A stretch of DNA of 64,000 nt from the human T2T-CHM13v2.0 reference genome, Homo sapiens. Shown one piece after another: positions 28,113-43,619 of this stretch (its first letter is position 1; every line of letters starts with the position of its first letter). A program made the position numbers and the translations under genes. The notes under the pieces were generated by a model, which saw only the letters and a list, made by a program, of their open reading frames with translations, did not search any database and was not told where the DNA came from. Location of the stretch: NCBI RefSeq assembly GCF_009914755.1, contig NC_060927.1. One strand, 5' to 3'.

Positions 28113-29379
28113 GTATTCCATCAAATTTTCTTTTGATGGAAGAAAAATACTGAACTAAGGGAATATATGTACTATAAAGGAATATATATGCATATTCCTC
28201 TATGATATATTACACATGCATACACATACATATATATATATACACACACAAGACATGGTTCTAACTTATTCTTTCACTCAACAATATCTCTTAAAGACAG
28301 TGCTCCATATGGGAGCATGTGGATCTGCCAGTTTCTAACACCTGCACAGTATTCCATCATAGGTGTGGCAGAATTTTGTTAACAAGTCACCCAGAGCTAG
28401 AAATTCCCATTGTTTCCCACAGATGTTGTTTTGGTGGGCCGCAGGGGTAGGGGCGTCTGACCGTCCCCTCTGTTGCTAGGGATTGGCAGTTGTTTAGAAG
28501 GTGGCCTTTACAGTGCACTTACGTTTTCTGTGGGTGCTCAGGAGCACCAGAGACAATCCTGGGAGGCTCCCGTTGTGCTCAGTGGCTTCAAGCCACTTGG
28601 AGGCACTTGGGCTTACTGAGAGATGTGGCAGATGGTAGCCAAGCGAGGAGGCAGGCCAGCCTCACGCAAAGCCTGGTCTCCACTGCAGAGAGGAGCCCAG
28701 GGAGGGAGTGGACAGCTGGCACAAAGAGGAGAACCGACGCAGGCCGGCGTCTCTTGGAAGCCACACTGGCCCTGCAGCACTGAGACACTCAGGAGCCCAT
28801 GATCCTCCACCAGCCGTGAAGCAGCAGAGAAACTCATGGTCCGAAACCGCAACCAAAGCCTCCAGTTCCGTGGCCAGACGTGGGTGGAGGCAAAGGGAAG
28901 ACCCACAGCTGGCCTGCAGCCTCGCGTCTGCCCTCTTCCAGCCGCGGGCCTGCAGGGCGCCCAGCATCCTCAAGGTGAAGCGTCTGAGGGCTGAGCCATG
29001 ATGAGGGTGGCCTTGGAATGGCAGGGAGCAAAGTGTCCCTGAGGCTGGGAATCAGCAGCCCCAGCTCCAAGGGCAGGCCTCTCTTTCCCCCTTCAGCTCT
29101 GCAGAGCATGTGCTGGTGCTGATCAGGACTCCCGGAACAAGGCAGGAGGCCACCCCACCATGGAGGATGGTCTGGGGGAGGACAGTCATGGCGATGACCT
29201 CAAGGCACCGGTCACACACTCAGCATTTTCCGAGTCCTTTTTGGCACCAGCACCGCACTGGGCAGGGAGGTGAAAGATGATACACGAGGCCCTGCTCTGA
29301 GCCAGCTCGCCTTCTGGAGGAGAGGAAATGTGCAGACACGGAGGTGACACAGCAGGCAGAATGCCACATTGTCCCCACT

Positions 29380-29838
29380 TGTGTTCGCTTCCTGCCACCA
29401 CCAGAACACATGACCGCAAATTTAGAGGCTTAAAACAGATTCACGTACTTGCATTTCCGTACTTCAGAAGCCCAAAATGGATCTCAGTGAGTCAAAATCA
29501 AGGTGTCTGCAGGGCTGCATTCCTGCTGGAAGCTCTAAAAGGAATCCACTTCATTGCCTTTTTCAACCACTGGAATCTGCCACCATTTTGTGGCTTGTGG
29601 CCTGTCCTCCACCTTCCAGGCCGGCAGCTAAGCCACCCAGCTTTGCTTTTTCATCACACCTTCTTCTCTGACCCCTCTTCCACTTTTCAGGACCCTGGAG
29701 TTACACTGGGCCCGTCTGGAAAACCCAGGATGCTCTCTCTGACCAGCAGCCCCAGCCCCCTTCTTGTGTGATGCCACCCACTTGGGAGGTTCTGGGTTCT
29801 GCGGACCTTTTAGGGGAACCATTATTTTGCCTACCACA
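29380..29838 (-). mobile_element. MLT1C/D-type MaLR LTR
   Basis: GGCTTAAAACA...AAAATCAAGGTGTCTGCAGGGCTGCATTCC...CCATTATTTTGCCTACCACA. Confidence 0.75.
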
Positions 29839-30759
29839 ACCCCCAAATCCCCATAAAGTACGGTCATCACAGATGTGCATGTGTGGCGTTTATAGGAGTT
29901 CACATACACGCCAAGGTTGGAAACCCCAGCGAGGAGGGAAAGAGGAGCACATACACAGATGCCTGGTCCTTAGAACACAGTGCCCTGGGACCTCCATGAC
30001 CAGCAGGGGCGTGCTGAGAGGTTCTGGAAGATTCTTTGCTCCGTGGAGGAGCTGGAGGAAGCACGCAGGCCTGGGGCTGGCGGCAGCCCTCTTCCAGCCG
30101 CAGGTGAAGCTCACACCGTGGAAGGAAAACAGCAAAGCAAGAACTCAGGCCACTGACCACATCACTGTGCCCCTGAATGAAGCCAGGCCCGAAGCCTGCT
30201 GTACCTCTGGCACTCCCAGATTTCAAGCCAACACATCACATTCCCTTGTGGGTAGGTTTTTTGTTTCTTACATCCCAAGATATCTTGAGGATGGTGCAAA
30301 ACGTAGGATGTTATAGGCAGGATGTGAGGAGCAGGGTGGAGGGTGCCCAAGGCCACGCTCCAGGCTGAGAAGCTGGCGTTCAGGCTCTGCAACTGTGCTG
30401 TCGTGGGCTGAGCTGTGTCAGTTGCACTTGGGACGAGGCCCACTGCAGATGGAAGATTAACATTCAAAAGGGCCTGCTGAGAAAGACTCCTGATGTTGGA
30501 GCGTGAGGCTGCCTCATGGGGCCTTACTGTCTGTCTCACAGGACCTGCAATAAGGCCCTGTGGGGCAGAAACAAGCTACTTTGAAAGTAGTCCATTAGAA
30601 AACAGGAAGGAAAAAAATATTCTCATTAGGAGATGCCCTTCCTGGGAAACTGGGTAAAGGCTACCCAGGATCTCCCTGGTATTATTTTGTATAACTGCAT
30701 GTGAATCTACAACTATCTCAATTTAAAAAAAATTAATTTTTGAAAGGGGAGTGAGAGAT

Positions 30760-30845
30760 GCCCCTTCTACCTACAGACTACAGTAAAAACAGCTCCCGGC
30801 CCCTTCTACCTACAGACTATAGTAAAAACAGATCCTTGGCCCCTT
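30760..30845. repeat. Tandem duplication, 39/40-bp unit x2 plus 7-bp remainder
   Basis: GCCCCTTCTACCTACAGACTA(C/T)AGTAAAAACAG at 30760 and 30799; GCCCCTT again at 30839. Confidence 0.95.
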
Positions 30846-30879
30846 TGGGGCTCTGGCAGGAACATGTTAATTAAGATCA

Positions 30880-31090
30880 TACAGCCTGAGCCCTTGGGTT
30901 CCTAACCTGGCTCCACCCCTTCTTTATGTGACCTTGGGGAACTTAGACACCCTGCTGCTCACTTTTCCCATCTACAAAAAGGGAATAACGATGGTACTAC
31001 CTAATAGGGTTATTATGATAATTAAATGAGATAATACATGTTACACTCTTAAAACAGTGCTTAGCATAGTAAGTGCCCCAAAATCTTAGG
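30880..31090 (+). mobile_element. MIR
   Basis: ATGTGACCTTGGG...CATCTACAAAAAGGGAATAA...AATTAAATGAGATAATACATG...TAGCATAGTAAGTGC. Confidence 0.8.
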
Positions 31091-31629
31091 TCGCGATAGT
31101 GGCCGTCCTAATTCCACTGCAAGCTAAGGTCTGGAAAAGTAGAAACAAAAATGAGGGGCTCCACAGGAGATAATATTGCAGCCCCAGATAAGTCTGACCC
31201 TCTGAGAAGATATTTCCTCCCTAAAACAAATGAAAATAAATTATGAGAAAGAATAGAGAAAAATAACTACTAGAAATGTTTTAACGTGAGAGTCAAAATA
31301 AAAGTTTCAATGGAAGGGTAGGAAAATAAAGTGCAAGAAAGTGGCCCAGAAAGTGAAGTTACAAGACCAGAGAGAGAGAAAAAAAAGACCTAGAGAATCA
31401 ACCCAGAAGACCAACAGCCAGCACTTGGGCGTCCAAAAAGAGGACAGAGACCAAAAGAAAGGAAAAGGCCCAGGAAAAGGCAGGCGTTCCCCAGGACTCA
31501 CCTCTCACAACAAGTGTGCAGTAGCCCACAGGAGGCTCCTTATGGGAAATTTCAGAACTTCCAGATGAAGTGAAAGCCCTAATGGTGTTGGGTGGGTGGA
31601 GTGGGTAACGTTTAAAGGGATGAGAACTG

Positions 31630-31945
31630 GGCTGGGGTGCAGTGACTCATGCCTGTAATCCCAGCGCTTTGGGAGGCCCAGGTGGGAGGATCACTTGAGG
31701 CCAGGACTTTGAGAGAAGCCTGGGCAATATAGTGAGACCCCATCTCAACCAAAAAATTAAAAATTAACCAGGTATGGTGTCACACGCCTGCAATCACAGC
31801 TACTCAGGAGGCTGAGGCAGGAGGATCACTTAAGCCCAGGACTTTGAGGCTATAGTATACTATGATCGTGCCACCGCACTCCAGCCTGAACAACAGAGCT
31901 AGACCTTGTCAAAATAAATTTAATTTAATTAATAAATTAAATTAA
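31630..31945 (+). mobile_element. AluJ
   Basis: GGAGGATCACTTGAGGCCAGG, CAGCCTGGGCAA-type J diagnostics; TSD GATGAGAACTG. Confidence 0.9.
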
Positions 31946-31977
31946 GTGATGAGAACTGGAGTGGCATCAGGTGCTCA

Positions 31978-32284
<307 letters not shown>

Positions 32285-32431
32285 ACACATGCTGGAGATT
32301 AAAGGAGAAAAACCTTCAAAATTCTGTGGGAAATTCATTTTCAAACTATATTCTTATTCCCAGTCTTACCATTCAACAAGCAAGAGAGCAGAGCAAAGAC
32401 ATTTTTAGACATGCAAAAACTAGAAAACATT

Positions 32432-33218
32432 TTGTTCCAGTTGTCTATTGTTGTGTAACAAACTACACCCAAACTTAGCAACAACCCTTTTATCACATCC
32501 TATGATTTTGTGGGCCAGGAACTCTGACATGGCTCATCCTGGTGATTTATCTGTTCTATATGGCATCGATGGAGGTCCTCAGTGGTTTTCAGGCCTAGCA
32601 TCCCTCACAGGCCTGGTAAGTGGGGAGGATAGCTATAAGGCTGGGCCCAGCTGGGACACTATGACTTCTCCAATATGGCAGGTTCAACTGGAACTCCATG
32701 GTTCTCCTGCATGACTGGCTCAACTGGGACCCCATGGCCTCTCTAACATGGCAGGGTCAACTGGGACTCCATGGCCTCTTCAACAATGCAGGCTCAGCTG
32801 GGACACTATGGCCTCTCCATTATGGTGGTTTAACTGGGACCCCATGGCCTCTCCAACATTACAAGCTCAGCTGGAACTCCAAGTCCTCTCCACCATAGTG
32901 AGCTCAACTGGAACCCCCTGGCTTTCCAACATGGTGGGCTTAACTGCTACCCCATGGCTCTTTAACCTGGTGAGCTCAACTGGGTCCCTGTGGCCCTCCA
33001 ATATGGCAGATACACAGGTCCAAGAGTAAGTGTTCCAGCAAGAAAGGCAGAAGCACATGGCCTTGCATGACCCACCCTCAGAAGTCTCTTAAAGTACTTC
33101 CACTGTACTTTATTAGTTGAAGCAGTCACAAGTTTCAGACTCAAGAGGAAGGACATAGACTCACCTCTCAATGACAGAAGAGGCAACAAATGTGCAGCCA
33201 TGTTTCAAAACTGCCACA
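32432..33218 (-). mobile_element. MLT1-type MaLR LTR containing an internal minisatellite
   Basis: TGTTCCAGTTGTCTATTGTTGTGTAACAAACTACACCCAAACTTAG ... GCAGCCATGTTTCAAAACTGCCACA. Confidence 0.75.
32644..33009. repeat. Diverged minisatellite, ~10 units of 36-37 bp (consensus ~GGCTCAACTGGGACCCCATGGCCTCTCCAACATGGCA)
   Basis: Contiguous units with no spacers, read directly from the sequence. Confidence 0.9.
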
Positions 33219-33578
33219 TCTACCATCCATGCATTCTTAAGAGGCTCCTTGAGGATGTGCTCAAGCAGAATAAGGTAGTAAACCAAGGAAAAGGAAGACA
33301 TGGACCAGGAAACAGTGGATCCTACTAGGACAGTCTTGGGAAGTCCCAGGCTGACCAACTCACTGTGGGGCAGAGAGCACCCACTCCGGGTGGGAGAAAG
33401 AGAAAGAACTCCACGAAGGAGTTCAATACAAAAGCAAAAACAAAACAATTAGATGCTAGATGGGTTATTGAAGAAATGATAGAACATGGGAAAGGAATTA
33501 AGTATGTAAACAGAGAGAATTCTGCAGTGAAAACATGAGGCAAATTATGACTATAATAAAAAAAATATATATGATCTA

Positions 33579-33917
<339 letters not shown>

Positions 33918-34114
33918 TTAGGTCTGAAATGAATATTTACATAGCCATAATATCTAGGCACCATATAACTCAAAAAAATTAACTCTTTGGGGAGGGTGGA
34001 GGAGGAATGCGGTGTAAGAAAGAAATCGTCAGCCAACCAACCTATAACACCCAAGATCAACAAACCAAGAAATAGCAACATAAACCTATTGTTTAGAAAC
34101 ATGGGTTAACCACC

Positions 34115-34115
<1 letters not shown>

Positions 34116-34147
<32 letters not shown>
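34116..34147. repeat. (CAA)n microsatellite
   Basis: About 10 CAA units. Confidence 0.95.
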
Positions 34148-35654
34148 AACCTAGCTAAAAATGTCACTTGGCTGCCTCTGAGGAAGGGGCCTGGACAGAG
34201 GCAGGGGCAGGGGCTACTTGTGTAATTATCAGCTTTTTGGAATTTTTCCATGCATGTACTAGTTTGTAAAATGCTAAGTGTTTGACATTTAAAATGTGTT
34301 AAAATAAAGGGGTGTCTAAAAGGTCTCATTGGTTCCTTAGCATAATAGATACTCTGGGCCAGACAGGACCTTAAAGATGCTCTCCTGGGAGGTCATCAGC
34401 CTCACCAGCATTGGGGGACTGGACAGGGACTTTGGCGTGAGACCACTGGAGCTAACAAGGAGCCCATCCCTGCAATGCTGACGCCCGCTGAGCCCAGCAG
34501 TGTGTGTCCTGATCAACCCCTGTTGTTTGTTCAGATGGCCCCACATGGCTAGGAACACCAAAATTCGAAGAAAAAGGAGTGTGATTAATTAGCCATGAAG
34601 TGACCTATTAATCAGATGCTTGCTGCCTGTGGGACAGATAACCAGATCAGGCTGGGCCGTCATTCACTCTGAAAGTGGGAGTCTGGTCCCTAAGCCCTGG
34701 GCCACTTCTCTCCTGGCTTTGCTGCCTGCATAACCAGGCCAGTTCACTGTCACTTTTGGTCAGGGAGTGGGTATGAGTTACCCCCATCTGTCCCGGGGCC
34801 CCAGGGTTGGCTGTTCCCAGAAAGCCTGATTTACTCTGCTGAGATGTGAAGCCTCCATTCCCTTGTATTTAAAGCCTGCAACTGACCTGGCCCTCAGAAG
34901 CCATTTTCCTCCATAGCTTCAAACATCACTGCCAGTTCATTTGACAATATTTGTTGCTTCTCAGCACGGGGCTGGCACAGGGATCCCAGGGGGGCTCAGG
35001 ATTGCCCCCAAGCTGGGGAAGCGGGCATGGCCTTGATCATTTAGGCCCTGCTATCTGCCCCAAGATAGAGGGGCTGAAAGGGCAGGGGCTGAAATGGCAG
35101 AGGCTGGGCTGGGGGTGGGAGACAGGCCTTCTCAGATGCCATGGGTGCAGTAGGAATTGGCAAAACCTCTGGGGGACAATTTGACAACAGGATATGTTTT
35201 AAACACCCATACCCTTTGCCCAGCAGCTGTTTCTGTAAAAGCATCCTACAGACAGACTCCCACGGGCACATAAAGGCATCACCAAAACATGCCAGCAAAG
35301 TCTGGAAACAAGCTCAGTGCCCATCCACAAATGATGCCGTAGCTGTGCCATGCATACCCTGCAGGAACTAAAACAGACGAGGCTGATGGATAGAGCTGTG
35401 GGACTCACTCCAGGATAAGCTGTTAAGTCCAGTAAACAGGATGAGGAGGTGTCTGTACCGGAAACTACCATTTGTGTAAAAAGGTAGGAGATATATATGC
35501 AAATGAGCTTTTATATGCACAGAACCTTCTAGAATAACACACAGGAACCAAGACACTGAGAGATACAGACAGGGGTAGGAAGGTAGGAAGGTGGTTTACT
35601 TCTCAGTGTACATCCACTTGAACTGTTTGGCCTTTTAACATGCACATAAAATTT

Positions 35655-36325
35655 TAAAAAAAATAAGTGTTGGTGAGGATGTGGAGAAATTGGAACCCTT
35701 GTGCACTGCCAGTAGGAATGTAAAATGTAAAATGTTGCGGCCACTGTGGAAACTAATTTGGCGGTTCCTCAAAAACTTAAATTAGTATTACCATATGTTC
35801 CAGCAATTCCACTTTGGGTGTATTCCCAAAAGAATTGAAAGCAGAGACTCAAACAGATTTGTACACCACTATTCATAGTTGCACTATTTACAGCAGTCAA
35901 AAGGTAGAAGCAACAAAGCATCCACCGACGGATGAATGGATCAACAAAATGCGCCTGTCCGTGCAATGGAATATGATTCAGCCTTAAAAGGGAACGAAAT
36001 TCTGACACATGCTACAACATGGATGAAACTTAAAATAAGCCAGATACAAAAGGACAGATATTATATGATTCCACTTGTACGAAGTACACAGAGTAGTCAA
36101 ATTCATAGAGATAGAAAGCAAATGGTGGGGGTCAGGGGCTGGGGAGGAGGAATGGGGAGCTATTGTTTAACGGGGATGGGGTTTGCAAGATGAAAAGACT
36201 TCCGTGGATGGACAGTGGTGCGGCTGCACAACAATGTGAATGTATTTAATGCCACTGAATTATACATTTTAAATGGTTAAGATGGTAAATATTATGTTTT
36301 GTATATTTCACTGCAATAAAAAGTC
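35655..36325 (+). mobile_element. L1MB 3' end, preceded by older L1M fragments from ~35150
   Basis: AAGTGTTGGTGAGGATGTGGAGAAATTGGAACCC...AAATGGTTAAGATGGTAAAT...CAATAAAAA. Confidence 0.85.
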
Positions 36326-37544
36326 TTTCGCTGATACATTTTCTGAGCAATTCTGGAAGCCAGCTAGGAGCTCTGCTCCAGGGAAGCCACCCGTCTGAGG
36401 CAGCCCAGTCTCCATGGCAGAAGGATGGACTCCTTCTTCCCCCAAAGCCAAGACTTATGATTCTGGGAACCCATAGCTTCCACCACAGAAAAGCCGCTGC
36501 CCCCTCTGTGAGGCCTAAGACCTGGCCACTTAGATATTTGCAGTGGAGTCCTCTGTTGTCCCTGAAGCAAGCCAGGGGCAGCAGCTGTTGAGGACAAGCC
36601 ACTGCCTGTACAACTGCAGAACTGAACACTCTTCTGTCCCTCAGCACCCAGGAATGCTGCCATGACACGTGAGCCAGACAGGCATCAGCTCCCTGCTGAC
36701 CCCATGGGCTTGCTGTGTTTGCACTCAACTGAGTCAATACTCGTAATAGAGGCAACCGACACATCCGTGCATGTCAGCTTCTGCTCACCAGCCACTGAGG
36801 ATCTGGAAGGGAAGAGGAGGCCCAGGCAGAGGGCAGAGATCGAGATCTGGTGTCCTTGTTCTGTAGATGGCAAATGCCTCTCTTATCTAAGCAGCATTCT
36901 GGAGTTGCCATATGTGTGGGTTCATGCTGCCATCACAGTTGCCCACAAAAGACTGGGATAATTATTCCCATTTTACAAATGGAGAGACCAGGGTTTAGAA
37001 GGATGAGGTTGTCTGCCCAAGTGTACCAGCCGTGACTTCACAATCCCAGTCTTCCCAGCCACCTGGATGTCTTCCCAACATGCATTACTGAGAAAAAAGC
37101 AGCTAGAAAACCTGCAAATGTGGTTTTCATTATCTCCCTTCCCAACTGAAGAAGTCTCTGAACTCTGTTTCAGCCTAGAGGTGACCACTGAACAGAGAAG
37201 CCTTGCTTCTCTGGGTCTTGAACAAGCTCCAAAGTAAAGGTCACCCAACCCCCAACCCCATGTGAATGCAGGGCTGATCTGTCAGGAGTCGAGGCTGTCC
37301 CCAAATGGAAGCCTTCTAGGGCAGGAACTGGCAGAACATTCTAGGACCCCGGATTCCTAAGGTTGGCTGTGGAAGCTGTCCTAGGGGCCCAGGAGGGAGA
37401 GTGCAGCTCTAAAGGCGGGCTGCCCATGGCACCTGTCTCTGTGTCCCGGCCACCTCCTCATTGCAGGCCCTTCCTGGGCCACTTTCTTGTCTCTAAATGA
37501 AGAAAAACAACATCCCATCTCATCCTTAAAATGGCTCCACTTTA

Positions 37545-37898
<354 letters not shown>

Positions 37899-38844
37899 TT
37901 ACAATTGGGAGTAAAATATTCAAATTTTAGGAAATCTTAATGTAAAACATCATATTAACAGATTGAAAAAAATGATCATTTCAATAGATAGCAAAAAGAG
38001 ATTTTGAGAAATTCAACATACATTCTCAATTTTTAAAACTCTTAATAAAATAGAAAAACATGGACTCTTCCTTAGCACGATTTTAAAAATGTATATATTT
38101 AAAGGGCTTCCACCTCCAGTCCTGTGAGAATAACTGTACTAGACTTGCCCTCCTGCCGTAAATACCTAGAAACTGGACAAATTATTTGAAACAACTGTTT
38201 TTAGACATTGTACAACAGGCACAGTCTCTGGACTGTGATCTCTGAGAGAAGGAAAGCAAACAGAATGGTTCAATGGCTGGCCCAGCTCCCTGCCTCAGTG
38301 TAGGTGGTAGAAGCCCAAGCACAGCAAGGACTGGCACCGGGGAAAGTGATGAGCTGGAGTTTGCAAGACAGACCACAGAAGGGGAGACACAGAATGGGCA
38401 GACATGGAGCTGCCCATTCAGCACAGGGGTCCGCCTGGGTCTGTTGCTGAACGCTAAGCTGTGTGTGCGTAGGGCAAATTCTGCTGAGCTGGACAAAGAA
38501 CAGCTGGGAACTTAAGCTGAAAACTTCCCAGGGATCATGCAGGGTTAGGAGACAAGCCAGAGAGGAAAGGCCACTCTCAACCCACTGTATTGGAGACAAA
38601 AAAGAGCCTCGAAAGAGCCAAGCTGATTCACAAGAAATGTAATGCCTGCCAGAACCAAGCCCAGCCATGTGTAAAGAAAAACAAGGGCATGTAGCACTCA
38701 CCACGATGGCCATTCAAAAATAACCAGACGTCCAAAGGAGCAGGAAAGTGCGTGCCACTACCAGGAGAAAAATCAGTCCATAGAAACAGACTCAGGAATG
38801 CAGAGATGATGGAATTAGGAGACAAAGACTTTAGAACAGCTACT

Positions 38845-39840
<996 letters not shown>

Positions 39841-40129
39841 CTAATGGAATTTCTACAGGTGAAATATACAATACCTGCAATGAGAAACGTATTGACTGAG
39901 ATTAACAGCATATCACACACTGACAAAGGAAAGATCAATGAACCTGAAAACAATGCAACAGAAACTGAACTGAAGCACTGGGAGAAAAATGCTGAAATAA
40001 AATGAACAGAACTGGAAATGTTACCTGTGAGATACTATCAAACAATACATGTATCATTAGGGTACCAGGAAGGAGACAAGAAAAACATTGGAAGACAATC
40101 TTCTAAATTTGATGAAAATCATAGATGCA

Positions 40130-40554
40130 GAGTTCCAGGGAGCTCAAGGACCCCCGCCTGAGAAGCAGGAAGCTTTGTCCCTCAGCATCCCCTCCTGGAA
40201 GGACTTGCCCAGAGGCTGTGGGGAGCGCAGGCTGCAGAACGCCCTCAGCCACCAGCTCCTCCCCATCCCTCACCTGCAGAGAGAGCCACTGGCTAAAGGC
40301 CACACCTTCCCAGACAGCCCAGGTGACTGAGCAGGCAGGGAATGTGAAGATCTGGCCATTTCAGCTCAGCACAGAACATGCTGATGGAAGGCCTTGCTCT
40401 GGAGTCCCCAACAGGTGGGCAGAGGTGGGCAGGCCTGACCGAGGTTGAACTCCACTGCCAAGCCTGCTTCCGCCTCCTCCTGTTACAAGTGTGAAACACC
40501 TGGTGCCCCAGACTCCACTCCTTCATCTGCTTCCAGGGAAGCCAGCCTGAGACA
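40130..40554 (+). mobile_element. LTR16-type ERVL LTR inserted in L1 ORF1
   Basis: GC-rich block ending CTGCTTCCAGGGAAGCCAGCCTGAGACA. Confidence 0.6.
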
Positions 40555-40976
40555 ACTAGCAAAGGCACATCCTAATGAAATGGCTGAGAATGCGAGGTAA
40601 AGGGAAACAGAAGCAAGAATGGCCACGTCCTCAAAAACTCTGCAGACAAGGAGACAATGAAACAGCATCTGCAAGAAAAAGCCGGGGATCTACAAATCTA
40701 TATCCTGCAACCAAAGAAGACAAAATAGAGACTTTTCCAAACAAACCAAAGCTAGAGATTTTGCCAGCGGCAGACCTGCAATACTGGAAATGTTGACAGG
40801 AGTTCTTCACACCAAAGGCGAATGATATCGGATGAAAAGCCTGGAACTACAGGAGAGAATGAAGAGTTTGGGAAATGGAAAATGCATCACTCATATGAAA
40901 ACCCTTTTCTCATTTTGAATCTCTTTGGAACATAATTGGCTCTGGAAGGTAAAACTGTTAACAATTTGTTGTTGAA

Positions 40977-41262
40977 GGCCAGGTGTGGTGGCTCACGCCT
41001 GTAATCCCAACACTTTGGGAGGCTGAGGCGGGCAGATCACAAGGTCAGGAGTTCGAGACCAGCCTGACCAACATAAAAAAACCCCATCTCTACTAAAAAT
41101 ACAAAAATTAGCCGGGCGCGGTGGCACGTGCTTGTAATCCCAGCTACTCGGGAGGCTGAGGCAGGAGAATCACTTCAATGCGGGAGGCAGAGGTTGCAGT
41201 GAACCAAGATCACGCCACTGCACTCCAGCCTGGGCGACAGAGTGAGACTCCATCTCAAAAAA
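40977..41262 (+). mobile_element. AluS
   Basis: Full Alu, short tail. Confidence 0.95.
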
Positions 41263-42145
41263 GAGCAGGATGGCAGGTATAAATACTGACATAAGGATAC
41301 CTGCATTCAGTATAAATAATCGAGGGACTTGGAAAATCAGATATCACACTGGACAAAAAAAGTGAGACTTACCTGTATGCTCTCTACCAGAAACTTACTT
41401 TAAATATAAAGACACAAATAAACTATAAAAAGATAGAAAAGATATATCATGCAAGCACTAGTCATTTTTTCAAAAGCCGGAGTGCCTATATTCTTGTCGG
41501 ACAAAGTAGACTTCAGGGCAAACATTACCAGGGATAGAGATGTTTCTTAATGATAAAGGTGTGAATTTATCACAAAGACATCATAATCCTAAATGTGCAT
41601 CTACCTAATCACAAAGCTTCAAAACGCATGAAACAAAAACTGACAAACCCACAATTCTCATGTGTGATTCTCACGCAGAATTGAAAGGAAAAACAGACAA
41701 ATCCACAATTCTCATGCATGATTCCCACACTCCTCTTCCAATAAGGACACAGAAGACTCGAACACGGTCAGCCAATTTAACCATCTCACGCTTAACAATG
41801 GCAGAATGTCCATTCTCAGCGCACATAGAGCCATCATCGAAATAAACCATATGCTGGACCACAAAACAAGTTTCATAAATGTTAAACGCTAAAAACAGGC
41901 AGAGTATGTTCTCTAACTAAAATATAGTTTAAAAAGAAATCAGTAACAATTAGATATCATTTAAATCCCTCACAATTGGAAATTGAACAAAGCACTTTTA
42001 ATTACCCATGGGTCAAAGAAGAGATCATAAGAGAAATTAGAAATATTTTTAACTCTGTAAAAATAAAAACGTAGCCTATCAAATTTATGAGAAGCAGCTA
42101 AATCAGTTTTTATAGTGAACTTTACAACTTTAAATGCTTACATCA

Positions 42146-42463
<318 letters not shown>

Positions 42464-43619
42464 TCAGAAATTAGTGAAACCAGTTAATAAATTTAGAAAG
42501 ATCATAAAATACAAGGTCTATCTACAAAGAAATGTATTTTTATAAACTGGAAATGACCCACTAGTAAATGAAATTTAAAACTTTTAGCCCTTAGATGGAA
42601 TCAAAAACACAAAAAATAATAAGGGATACATTTAACAACATATGAGCAAGAACTATTCACTGAAAACTGCAAGGTATTACTGACAGTGATTTCTAAGGGC
42701 CCAAATAGAGAGACACGCCATGTTCATGGACTGGAAGACTTGAACATGGGTAGGTGCAGGCGAAACAGGACTGGCCAAGGATGATGACTTTAGGGGCCAG
42801 ATGCTGGGTACACGCATTATACAGTCCCTCTACTTCTATGTACATTTGAAATTTTCAGTAGAATAAAAGGAGCATAAAATATAACCTCCACATCACATTG
42901 GGCACCTTCTCCTCCTCATAAGCACTCTCTGCAGCTGCGTGGACTGCCTCGTGGATTCGTGTGGGTTCTTGGAATCTGGCCACATTCAGAGACGTGTGAG
43001 GCAGGGTGGTTGGGGATTGAGGTTCTCAGTCAGGCAACTCACCCTCTCTGTGCCTCAACTTCCTCATCTGTGACATAGAGCTGCCTTCTAGTGTTGTTGT
43101 GAGGACTCAAAGGGTCCTACACCAGAGCACATGGGCTGGCTCCTGGAGAGGGGAGCTGACGGTGCATGCTGACATGCTACCATCGTCACCACCGTCATCC
43201 TCATCATGGTCATCTTCATGCTTGTTGTTCCGCTGGTTTCTGATTTCCTGCACTTGCAAGTAACACCACAGCAAACTTCTTTACGTATAAAGCTTTGCCT
43301 CCAACTCTGATGCTTTTCTTAGCCTAAATCCTAAAATACTGGATTTCTCAAGCAAAGGGCAGTCAGGCACCCACAGCAGGCAAGAACAGGGGCTGGACCA
43401 GAGCCCAACTGCCAGGACTGAATACACACAGCTGCTGCCGGAGGGCCAGCCTGCCTCTACCCAGCCCCGTCCTGGGGTCAGCGCCGCCTCAAAACCAGGC
43501 AGTGGCGATGGATGGACAGAGATAGGCCTAGGAGACATTTAGGCCTGGGATCAGAGACGCAGGTGCCACAGGGACCAGGTGGAGAAGGCAGTGCTGCATG
43601 CTCAGAGCAGCTGTGGCAC

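Noticed and set aside
29998-30012. CCAGCAGGGGCG as a CTCF site
   Set aside because: One G short of the core spacing; too weak to call.
32644-33009. CRISPR-like array (repeat length ~37 bp)
   Set aside because: Units are contiguous with no unique spacers, are diverged, lie in a mammalian LTR, and there are no cas genes.
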